The notes below the pieces were generated by a model that saw only the letters and a program-made list of their open reading frames with translations, had not been told where the DNA came from and searched no databases. Below are positions 18,401 to 27,700 of a stretch of DNA of 64,000 nucleotides, piece by piece (position 1 is the first letter of the stretch; every line of letters begins with the position of its first letter). Source of the DNA: Methanobacteriota archaeon (GTDB taxonomy: Archaea > Thermoplasmatota > Thermoplasmata > SG8-5 > JAGLSY01); NCBI GenBank assembly GCA_020696385.1, contig JAEHCQ010000001.1:416001-480000 (forward strand), given 5' to 3'. Made by a program: the position numbers and the translations under genes.

Positions 18401-20531
18401 CTACCACAATAATCTCATAGACAATACGATCCAAGCATGGGACAATATGCCTATACCAGGCAATGCCTGGGACAATGGTCTTCCAGATGGTGGGAACTAC
18501 TGGAATGATTATGGTGGTGTCGACATGCCTCCTAATGGTATTGGAGATTCAAGCTATTTCATCCTGGGTGGTGTCGGAGCATCAGATGATCGCCCATGGA
18601 TGCGGGAGAATGGCTGGAAACTGCCTTACACCTCACTACTACGTGTGAAATGGGATGATGTCAATGAGAGGTTCTGGATGTGTGGAGAATATTCTACAAA
18701 TGCTGCAAGCTCGATATATTATGTACAGAATGGCAGCTTCGATGCAATGGTGCCCATAGAAGCTCCAACAATCACATTCACAGCATTAGAACCTGATAAC
18801 CTGGGTGCGATCTTACTCGGAGGAAATAATCTGGATGCCATGTACTACTATGATGGGGACAATGGTCACGAAGTAACAGAGATAGGGACCACCAAGATGT
18901 GGGGATGGAATATCACCGATATAGCATTCAATCCCAATGATGACAGGTTCTATGTGGTTGGAAACCAAATGAATCAAGACAAAGGTGTGGCCTTCCACAC
19001 GGATGAAGTACCTCTTGACTCTGGTTCTGCCAATTGTTATCTGGATACATCCACCTTCATCAACACACCGCCAGGTAAATTGAAGGCCATTGATTGGAAC
19101 CCTGTCAGGGATTATGCGCTTGTCGTCGGGGATGGTATTTACAGAATGGATATCTATGATGGCAATCCGGGATATGAGCTGACGTGGACCGAGATAGAAG
19201 CTGCTTCTGCTGGCATTACTTTCAGTGATGTATCCTGGGATTCTGATGGATGGAATGAAGCTGGAATATCTGGTGATGACAGTACATTCGGAACTTATTG
19301 GAGATACTATCACACCAATCCAAATCTTCAGAATGGTTTCACCAACAGCACTGCTGGGACAGAATACACTACCTGTGCGATGAAGCCACCATCAAGTCCA
19401 AAATGGCTACTTCTCCTGGGAGGAGCGGGCGGATTACAGATCAATATTGAAGAACTCGATCAGAGCTCTACAGTTTCGGCCAGCTCGATCAATCCCAATG
19501 TATACTGGGTGGGATTCAATGATACTGCTATGAATCCTAAGAACAACCAGGTCATCAGTCCAGATTCATCATTCTACATAACCTTCGAAGGAAATTACAG
19601 TGGAGGATGGGACCAAGTGTCCGTGGATATCGACATGTGGTATGATTTCGGCTTCATTGGCACCAATTCCATGTACCCGGTGGAGACTGATTTCAATAGG
19701 AACAAAGCCTTTAGTCTAACATATACTCCAGCTGCTTTCCCACCGATTGCTGTCAATTATCCAAATGGTCCTGTTATGGAATTCCAGACAGGTACGATCA
19801 CAGATATTGTCTCTATACCACATCCGACCATGCCAGCATATTCCACACATAGGGTGGAGATCGAGATCCTGCTTGGAGCGCAGATGTTCGCGGCCGATGG
19901 CAGTGGTTCAATGGGTATTGGTCCGGATTATCATTCTGACCCGAACATCGCACTTGACAGGGCCAATACCTGGGACTTCAATGTCAACATGACAGATATT
20001 GGTGATCCAACCAAGTTCAACAGCACATATGGGGAATTTGGCGTGAACAAGGCCATTTCCATATCCATAACTGGAGATCCAGGTGCAGATGGCACACCCG
20101 GTACGAACGGTGTATATCTTGGCTCCAATACCATCGAGTATTCGACCAATACCAATTACTGGGTCAATGTATCGATACCTAACCTTTACTTATATGGCAA
20201 TGAGGCCAGCCCCTATTTCATAACTGCGGATAAATTACAGGTCGAGAACACCAATGGACTATCTTACTTGCCATTGGTATCTGACATTGATGCTGCGACA
20301 TATTTCCAGGGTGCTGACCTGAAATGGTGTGTGTGGGGCAGTTCTGCTGGAGGATCATTGCAAGCTCCAGGTAATGGAACAACAGCCCATGGGCCTTGGG
20401 GTTCGAATTATAACAATTACGGCAGCGTAGACGGGTCCACGACTGTGGAGTGGTATGTGGATCTGCCTGGGGCATTGGCCGCTGGCACTTATGAAGCGAC
20501 CATATCGTATTCGATAGAGACGGAGGGATGA
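15459..20531 (+). CDS. array paralog 3: NosD/CASH-like beta-helix interrupted by 14 GloVer (Gloeo_Verruco-type) repeats
   Basis: IQSAIDAA..G..Y.ENI beta-helix start; 14 LYG.T..GG....GT.F.I..DG..F..LH.F repeats counted; GGNYWNDY..NGIGD beta-helix end; shared C-terminal module. Confidence 0.88.
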   Translation: MNQKITSIAIVCAMLLMGISINIDSGAQGAFVNYQSVPWTSDFTPLDSAWDPAGDNCVVVGNDTSGLQSSAWHFYEPTNTWSPIFEGTDASSPAANVVVNDNTSMTYGSIQSAIDAASSGNVLEVWSGTYYENIAINKMLTIIGNGSANTIIDGGNADNVVHIGASNVEFSGFSVTGSTLFSGYAGILLFNSDNCNIHDNYIYDNYDGIRLEGSSNNIITENDVENNEVGIITASSPETKSLMGVSEDGGSVGYGAMYELDTDGSNFDVIREFLPEHQDGRNPYYNAALTLDMFDLNTLYGTTRYGGSHNAGIIFRTDVNGASYDILFNFTASVNDGRYPTGDLLQIGDELYGMCNSGGSSNYGTIFKIRTDGSDFEVLHSFTGGAGGSSPQYGGLVYDGSSIYGMTYNGGTIYGTIFQIYPDGSGFTILHNFDSANGEYPYGSLTVSGGMLYGMTRMGGLWDDGVIFKIDTSGGGYTVLREFGPTFYNPYGNLLIIGSNLYGMVYNGPANYGGVFTIDIWGGGFNVLHSFAGGVGDGGYPYGSLVHDGSGMLYGTTRSYGANSVGTIFKVSTDGLTYNLITSFTGTAGVAPGSYSGCNLIYDGGWLYGTTQSGGTTNDGTIFKVRWDGSLFTSLHNFDDATNGGTYPKSNLLQSGDYIYGVTNNGGIYGSGTLYKMNIDKTGYTIMHHFNSVDGSNGDNPYSEPIQVGGTLYGTTYDGGVFGQGTIYKIETDGTGFSLLHSFQGGLTDGASPYSGLTYDGSFLYGATRNGGPSNYGSVYRINTGGFGYTTMHLFGGVPDGEYPGYGKLLDDGVFLYGTTTNGGMFDRGTVFKIAKATSIVTILHNFTSVVSDAQYPYGGLVSDGTYLYGMTSSGGVYGDGTVYRVRTDGSNFGLMHHFDYNADGGYPEASLTLDGNTLYGVTSEGGDGVTDYGTVFKIDKDTAVFTLLRYFQGNPGIAYPYGCGIAMITYPAADSWTNLIYHNNLIDNTIQAWDNMPIPGNAWDNGLPDGGNYWNDYGGVDMPPNGIGDSSYFILGGVGASDDRPWMRENGWKLPYTSLLRVKWDDVNERFWMCGEYSTNAASSIYYVQNGSFDAMVPIEAPTITFTALEPDNLGAILLGGNNLDAMYYYDGDNGHEVTEIGTTKMWGWNITDIAFNPNDDRFYVVGNQMNQDKGVAFHTDEVPLDSGSANCYLDTSTFINTPPGKLKAIDWNPVRDYALVVGDGIYRMDIYDGNPGYELTWTEIEAASAGITFSDVSWDSDGWNEAGISGDDSTFGTYWRYYHTNPNLQNGFTNSTAGTEYTTCAMKPPSSPKWLLLLGGAGGLQINIEELDQSSTVSASSINPNVYWVGFNDTAMNPKNNQVISPDSSFYITFEGNYSGGWDQVSVDIDMWYDFGFIGTNSMYPVETDFNRNKAFSLTYTPAAFPPIAVNYPNGPVMEFQTGTITDIVSIPHPTMPAYSTHRVEIEILLGAQMFAADGSGSMGIGPDYHSDPNIALDRANTWDFNVNMTDIGDPTKFNSTYGEFGVNKAISISITGDPGADGTPGTNGVYLGSNTIEYSTNTNYWVNVSIPNLYLYGNEASPYFITADKLQVENTNGLSYLPLVSDIDAATYFQGADLKWCVWGSSAGGSLQAPGNGTTAHGPWGSNYNNYGSVDGSTTVEWYVDLPGALAAGTYEATISYSIETEG

Positions 20532-23500
20532 AGATGAGAACAAAAATCACCTCTATTTTGATCGTCAGCGCGATGTTGTTTATGGGAATGTCCGTCAACA
20601 TAGACAATAATGCTCAGGGAGCATTCATGGACACTCTGTCCGGAAATGGTTTGAATCCTAATTTCATCCCACTAGACACGGAATGGAACACTGAGGGCAC
20701 CATGGCAGTGGTTGTGGGACAGGATACTGCGAACGGGCCTAATGCGTACATGTATTGGCCGCATAATGACACATACTACCCCATTCCAAACTATGTTTCG
20801 GGTCAAGTACTGATGGGAGTGGATTGTTACAGTGAGCCTGTGTACAATACCACCCAATCAGGTTCAGCCTCAACCGTACTTCTGGTTGACGCGGACTACT
20901 TTGATGACGGGCTGGTAACACTGTATGACAACCCACTGGTGAACAATGGACTATCTGTGACAATATGGGATGTATATGGAAACAATGGTCCAGCCGAAGG
21001 CAAGCCAAGCGAAATTGATATGTCTCCATATGACCTGGTTGTCTGGATCCCTAGTAGGAATACCCAAGGACCGCCAGTATGGAGTGGTGGTGAGACCTTT
21101 GATGGAACTGATGAAGCAGAGGTCAGTACTTATCTGGATGGTGGAGGGAATTTCTTCCTGTCCAATATCTATTGGTCATCATACATATCTGCCGCAATGC
21201 CATACAGTTTGGGTGATTTCCCATACGATTACTTGGGTTTGAGCAGTATTAGCAACACCGGCTCCAACAGAGAGGATGCTGTAATGGGGGAGCCAGGAGA
21301 CCCTGAGTTCGATGGATTCGGAACCACTTATCTGGATTGGAACCTTGGTGGATGGGGGGGAACAAATCCTTTCCAATCCGATGAACCAAATGCCGGAAAT
21401 GGGGAGGTCTGTGCTTATATTGCATGGGATATGCCACCTCTCTCTTGGGGTAATGGTGGGGTCAAGTATGATGCAGGGACCTTCAAGTCCATGTTCATGG
21501 GATTCCCTGTGGAGACCTTGCAGCCATCCGATGCTGATGATTTCTGGTCTAGGGCCATAGATTTCTTTGGATTATCTTCTACCGGTGCCCTGACGAACTA
21601 CGCCATGCTCAATCCTTCTCAGGATAACACCATATATGAAGAGGATTCAAGTTACAGCAACGGCGCTGGGGAATACATCTTTACTGGAATGAATTCAGGC
21701 TCTGATATCAGAAGAGCTCTTGTTCAATTTGATCTGGAGGACTCTCTACCCGAGGGTTCGACCTTAACTGGCGCAGCTCTTTATCTATATTGTAGCTGGT
21801 CCGAGATGCCAGGAAACGAAGCGGTCAGTCTTCATGCCCTACAGGAAGATTGGGGTGAAAGCACCTCTGATGCTGATCCTAGTGAGGAATATGGAACCAA
21901 TGCGAACATTGGAGATGCAACATGGGACCATAGATATTATTCCTCAACCTTTTGGTCAAGTCCAGGGGGTGAATATGATCCCTCATCCAGTGCTATAACT
22001 ACCGTGGGAGGATCTGGCTCATATTATGTCTGGACATCTGCACAAATGAAAACAGATGTGCAAAATTGGATAGATAATCCTGAACAGAATAATGGCTGGA
22101 TGGTCAGGGGAAATGAGGGTATGATGGAAACTGCAAAAGGTTTCAGTAGTGTGAACAATAGTGATCAAGCTACCATTCCGATCCTTATGCTGGAGTATAC
22201 AAATCCATTCACACAAGAAATTGTTATCACATCAGATAGGGATAACAATATCTTTGATGAGGACCCGGACCAGAGCAATGGAGCCGGAGAGGCCATGAGG
22301 GCGGGTGTCAATAATAATGGTTATTTAAGACGCGGTCTATTGCATTTTGATGTTGCGGGTAATGTTCCTGCAGGCTCGACCATCACATACACTGACCTGA
22401 TGATGACCTGCCGACAGCATACTGATGGAGATCCTGAAGCAACCACTTTGCAGACCATGACGAATGACTGGGGAGAAGGTATCTCGGATGATGGAGGAAT
22501 GTCAGCCACCGGAAATGCAGAGCCAGATGATGCCACCTGGTGGTATAATTTCTATGATTTTTCCCCTTGGGCATCCTGGGGCGGTGATTTTGATACTGCC
22601 ATTGTATCTTCTGCAGATGTCACTGTCGCGGGTCAAAACTATACCTGGCCATTCACAACCGCGATGCAGACCAATGTTCAGGATTGGCTGGATGATGGTG
22701 CAAACAATTATGGCTGGATGGTGCGTGGTAATGAAACATATGATGGTTCTGGTACGGTCAAGCAGTTCTACACAAGGGAAATCGCGACTCCGGATTACAG
22801 GCCACAACTGACAATAAGGTATGTTCCCTCAGAGATCCCAGACCCGATAGGATACAATGACACTTTTTGGCTAGTGGGAGATGAGGCAGGCGGTGGAGTA
22901 ACCTGTGTGTACAAAGTGGTTCCAGATATTAGCCTTAACCTGATAGACATGGGAAAGAACACTGCATCACCTCTGACTTCAATTGCATGTGATGATAATG
23001 GAAATCCACTGGCTGTAGGGCATAACCAACCCAGCATGTATTATTATGATACCCAGGCGACCGCCTGGTACAATGTTGCCGGTAACATGGATTGTGATTT
23101 CGAGGGTGTGGACTATAATCCCAATGATGGAAGGTTCTACGTAGCGGGATACAATGGAAACTGGGCATGGAATGTGGTTTATTACACAGATCCGGGACCC
23201 CTTAACAATGGTACATCCTCGAGTTATTATTACCAGTCAACAGACCTGACCGCGGATTGCTCATTCCAGGCAATCGCCTGGAACGACCTGTATGATTATG
23301 GACTGGTCGTGGGAGATGAGGGAACTATCCTGAAGGTCTGGCCCTTTGATCATAATGGAAATGGAACCATGCATTATGAGGATATTTCCATCAACTGGCT
23401 GGATTACTACTATGATGTATCCTGGGACACGGATGGATGGAACGAAGCAGGTATCGTTGGAAGTGACAGCATGGGTTGGGACGGCCTGTATTACAGATAT

Positions 23501-24709
23501 TACCACTCTAACCCGGAAATCATACTCGGTCATGACAGCAATGATGGAAGTTATTATCGTGCATGCGCGATGAAGCCGCCATCAAGTCCAAAATGGCTTT
23601 TCATCCCAACAGCCGGTGGAGGTATCAAAGCCAATATCCAGGCTCTGGATCAGAGTTCCACGGTATCAGCCAGTTCCTTGTTCCCTAACATTTACTGGGC
23701 GGGCTTGAACGATACAGCCATGAACTCAAAGAACAACATGATGGTGAACACAGATACAGACTTCTACATAACCTTCGAGGCAAATTACACTGGTGGCTGG
23801 AATCAGGCTCAGGCAGATATCCATATTTGGTATGATGATGGATTGACAGGGACCAACTCACAATACCCTGCTGAAACACCAAATAACAGGAATTGGGCCA
23901 TCAACCTGACCTATGATCCGAATGCTGGATCCTACGTGATCAACTATCCAACGGCTCCAATACTGGAAGCTACCATTGGCGCGTATTCGGACACAATTGT
24001 TTCGGCGCATCCAGATCCGACACAATCGACACATCGTGTTGAGTTGCCTATCCATTTTGGTGGCCAGATGTTCGCTGCAGATGGTGGCGGATCCTTGGGA
24101 GCCGGCCCAGATTATGATTCTGATCCTAACTTAGCACTTGATCGGGGTAATACATGGGACTTCAATGTGACGGTATATGATAGTGCCAATACCGCGAAAA
24201 GAAATAGCACATACGGCGAGTTCGGAGTCAACCAGGCGATCTCCATATCCATCGCGGGTGATCCATCTGGTGATGCACCCCCAGGTTCTAACGGGGTCTA
24301 CCTTGGCAGTAATGTCATCACATACTCGACGAACACGAACTACTGGGTCAATATGTCGATACCCAACCTGGAAAAAATAGGTGGAGGGTCATCGATCCCA
24401 GCAAGCAATTTGCGGGTACAGAACACCAATAGCTTGGCCAGTTTGCCATCAGCATCGGAGTTGGGTGTTTCTACATATTTCTCTGGACCGGATATGAAAA
24501 TGTGTGTCTGGGGAATATCTGGACCTGCGATTCCATTGCCCTCTCCAGGAAATGGAACAACAGCACATGGCCCCTGGGGATCCAATTACAATAATTATGA
24601 CAACCCGGGAGGAACTACGAGCATTGACTGGTACATCGATCTACCAAGCTCGCTACAATCTGGAATATACATGGCCACGATCACATATTCGATAGAGATA
24701 CAGGGGTGA
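20528..24709 (+). CDS. array paralog 4: GATase/ThuA-like alpha/beta domain plus two DNRLRE-like domains
   Basis: VLLVDAD...YDLVVW...YLDGGGNFFLS; two DN.I.E...NGAGE...RR.L..FD...N.GWM...P.L...Y units; shared C-terminal module; true start may be 20534. Confidence 0.85.
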   Translation: MKMRTKITSILIVSAMLFMGMSVNIDNNAQGAFMDTLSGNGLNPNFIPLDTEWNTEGTMAVVVGQDTANGPNAYMYWPHNDTYYPIPNYVSGQVLMGVDCYSEPVYNTTQSGSASTVLLVDADYFDDGLVTLYDNPLVNNGLSVTIWDVYGNNGPAEGKPSEIDMSPYDLVVWIPSRNTQGPPVWSGGETFDGTDEAEVSTYLDGGGNFFLSNIYWSSYISAAMPYSLGDFPYDYLGLSSISNTGSNREDAVMGEPGDPEFDGFGTTYLDWNLGGWGGTNPFQSDEPNAGNGEVCAYIAWDMPPLSWGNGGVKYDAGTFKSMFMGFPVETLQPSDADDFWSRAIDFFGLSSTGALTNYAMLNPSQDNTIYEEDSSYSNGAGEYIFTGMNSGSDIRRALVQFDLEDSLPEGSTLTGAALYLYCSWSEMPGNEAVSLHALQEDWGESTSDADPSEEYGTNANIGDATWDHRYYSSTFWSSPGGEYDPSSSAITTVGGSGSYYVWTSAQMKTDVQNWIDNPEQNNGWMVRGNEGMMETAKGFSSVNNSDQATIPILMLEYTNPFTQEIVITSDRDNNIFDEDPDQSNGAGEAMRAGVNNNGYLRRGLLHFDVAGNVPAGSTITYTDLMMTCRQHTDGDPEATTLQTMTNDWGEGISDDGGMSATGNAEPDDATWWYNFYDFSPWASWGGDFDTAIVSSADVTVAGQNYTWPFTTAMQTNVQDWLDDGANNYGWMVRGNETYDGSGTVKQFYTREIATPDYRPQLTIRYVPSEIPDPIGYNDTFWLVGDEAGGGVTCVYKVVPDISLNLIDMGKNTASPLTSIACDDNGNPLAVGHNQPSMYYYDTQATAWYNVAGNMDCDFEGVDYNPNDGRFYVAGYNGNWAWNVVYYTDPGPLNNGTSSSYYYQSTDLTADCSFQAIAWNDLYDYGLVVGDEGTILKVWPFDHNGNGTMHYEDISINWLDYYYDVSWDTDGWNEAGIVGSDSMGWDGLYYRYYHSNPEIILGHDSNDGSYYRACAMKPPSSPKWLFIPTAGGGIKANIQALDQSSTVSASSLFPNIYWAGLNDTAMNSKNNMMVNTDTDFYITFEANYTGGWNQAQADIHIWYDDGLTGTNSQYPAETPNNRNWAINLTYDPNAGSYVINYPTAPILEATIGAYSDTIVSAHPDPTQSTHRVELPIHFGGQMFAADGGGSLGAGPDYDSDPNLALDRGNTWDFNVTVYDSANTAKRNSTYGEFGVNQAISISIAGDPSGDAPPGSNGVYLGSNVITYSTNTNYWVNMSIPNLEKIGGGSSIPASNLRVQNTNSLASLPSASELGVSTYFSGPDMKMCVWGISGPAIPLPSPGNGTTAHGPWGSNYNNYDNPGGTTSIDWYIDLPSSLQSGIYMATITYSIEIQG

Positions 24710-24712
24710 TGA

Positions 24713-27700
24713 ATGAATAGAAAAATAGTTTCCGCATTGATAATCATGTCCCTCCTCAGCGTGAGCTTTGGCTATGGATTGATAATGAATGCAGGAGCTA
24801 CCAGTTTCGTCAAGGACATAGAGGGCCCCGATGCAACATTCAGAGATGTTATCTGGAAGGATGATGGGACCTCTGCCTATGTGGTCGGCAATGATACGGC
24901 TGATGGTGTGATATACAATTACACTGCAGAAGATGATACATGGAACCCGCTATCCAGTGTGCCCGGTGATAGTTACAATGCCATCTCCAGAACTGGGAAC
25001 TATACATGGACAGAGGATGTCGAAAGTGGAGATAATGGCTGGACATCGTATGGTGGGCAAGGAGGATCGATCCCTCCTCAGATAGCTTCTTCCACACTTG
25101 TGGGAGAGTGGAAGTTCGACGAGGGTATCGGACAATTCACCAATGAAACAGTGAACAATAATGATGGAGAATTGTTACCGACCTATCCATCGAATGTGCC
25201 GGTTTGGACCTCGGATGGGGTATCTGGTAGTGCTCTGTATTTCGATGGTATCGATGATTATGTGGACACGGATTTCATTCCGAACACCTTCAATATCCAT
25301 GATCATTCAATTTCAGCATGGGTGTATCCAACCGCAAGTGTATCTGGTGGTGTAATTTATGCCGTGGGAGAAGGCAGTACGGATACCACTCTGGAATTCA
25401 AGATAGATAATCTAGAGATAGAAGTATGGCACTGGAGTGATAATTGGTATACTGGCCATACTGTGAATCTTAATGAATGGACGCACATCGTATACACCTA
25501 TAATGCATCCATGAAGACTGGTTACGTGTACATAAATGGCGAATTCGCGACCTCACATGTATTCAGTGGATATCTCAATATCAACAGTGATGGTTACATA
25601 TCTAGCCAGATCGGATTGGGTTACTCAGGCAGATATTTCAGGGGCAATATAGATGAGGTCCAGATATACAATGCCACATTGTCCTTGACAGAAATATCTG
25701 ATTATTATAATATCACAGCCGAGAAAGCAGGAGAGTGGAAGCTTGATGAAGGTGCTGGTATCAATGCAGAAGATACAAGCCAGCATAGCAATCATGGAGC
25801 ACTGTCTAGTATGGATGATACAAATTGGGTCGAGGGCATAAAAGGAGATGCCCTGAGGTTCGATGGCTCAAGTGAATTTGTGGATTGTGGAAATGATGCC
25901 AGTCTCAATATGGGACATGCCTTCACCATCGAGGCTTGGGTCAATATCGATACTGTAGGAAGTTATAGGACCATCTTGAGCAAGGCTGTGGACAATTCTG
26001 TAGGGGGCATATCGTATGCCTTGCTCACGGGCACGGACAATAAAATGCTGATATATTTGAGCAATGGCATTACCAGTGAGTTCGAATACAGCGATACGGT
26101 AGTTCCGACTGGTTCCTGGCATCATGTTGCAGTTGTCATGACAGATACAGATATCAAATTCTTCCTGGATGGACAGCCAGATGGGGTCCGTCCTTCTCAT
26201 ACCGTCACACCCCAGGTGAATGCGGCAACTGTAAGAATAGGAACAAAGGCCAATGCTCCGCAACAATACTTCGATGGCATCATTGATGAGATCAATATAT
26301 GGAATTACAGTTTATCAGATAGTGATATACTGAATAGCTACAATGCTACCACCCTGGTGGGCGATTGGAAGTTCGATGAGGGTATAAATGGGTTAGCTTA
26401 TGATGATAGCCAGTATGATCATGACGGTACATTGGGGCCTACATATCCAGCCAATGCCCCAACATGGACCACAGGTGTAATAGAAAACGCATTGCAATTC
26501 GATGGTGTAGATGATAATATCAATTGTGGCAATGATACGAATTTGAACATGGTCGGTGAGCTGACATTGGAAGCCTGGATCAAACCGCAAGCCGATGGAT
26601 GGAAATTCAGTAAGGCCCTATCCATAAGTGGATCGGCAACCCCTCTTGTAAATTATCAGGTCAGGATAGATCTTAATCCCGGAAACTTCGATTTCTCGAA
26701 AGCAGATCCAAACGGTGATGACATCAGATTCTACAATGACGCAGGAATGAAATTAGATTACTGGATAGGAGATTGGGGCGGGGGAACTGCAACTGTCTGG
26801 GTGGAGGTCCCAAGCATCCCAATCATCGGTACGACTATCTATATGCATTATGGAAACCCAGTTGCTGTGAGTGAAAGTGACCACACCGCGGTCTTAGAAC
26901 CATACACTATCTCATACGATATCGTTAGTAATGCCGGTACCTTTGGTAACTTGGGTTCTTCCATGTACTTGGGCAGCCCTGTGCCTGCTCCAGGAGGTAA
27001 AGTATTCAGCACTGTGAAGCAAGCTGGGATGAGCTTTAGTACTGCTACTTTCCCGATAGATCTTGAATTACAGATATGGGATGGGATCGGTAATCCATCC
27101 ACGCTAGAATACACATTCTCTCCACAGACCGTCTCAACTTTAGGATGGTTCAATTCACCAATTGTTAATCAACCTCTGACTATTAACGATGAATTATTCG
27201 TTATCGTACACAAGTTGAGTGGCGGAACTGCAACAGGGGTTGACTGTGCAAGCACCATACCATCTGGTTTGGGAAGATATTCGGCCGATGGTGCTTCTTG
27301 GAACTCATGGGGCGGGAATTCACCTTCTGTATTCTTTGACGGGTATATGCGCAGTACGGCAAGCCCTGAGCCTTCAGCGACCATCGGGGTTGAGAACGCA
27401 GTGGGCATCAGCAAGCTCGGAGCATATGGCATTGGAGTCGATACTTCCTCAGCATATGCCAGTATAAACGGTGTGGTCATTGATTCAGCCATAACACCAG
27501 GTTGGAATCATATTGCATTGACCTATGACAGTGCCCTCGGCACGAACCACATGAAGCTGTATGTGAACGGCTCTCTTGCAGACCAAGCAAATTGTGCTGG
27601 AGGTATCAGCACGAGCATCAATGATCTAATTATAGGCAATGGAGATGCTTTCAATGGCGTTATAGACGAGGTGAAGATCTATAAGCGCACGCTTGATGCT

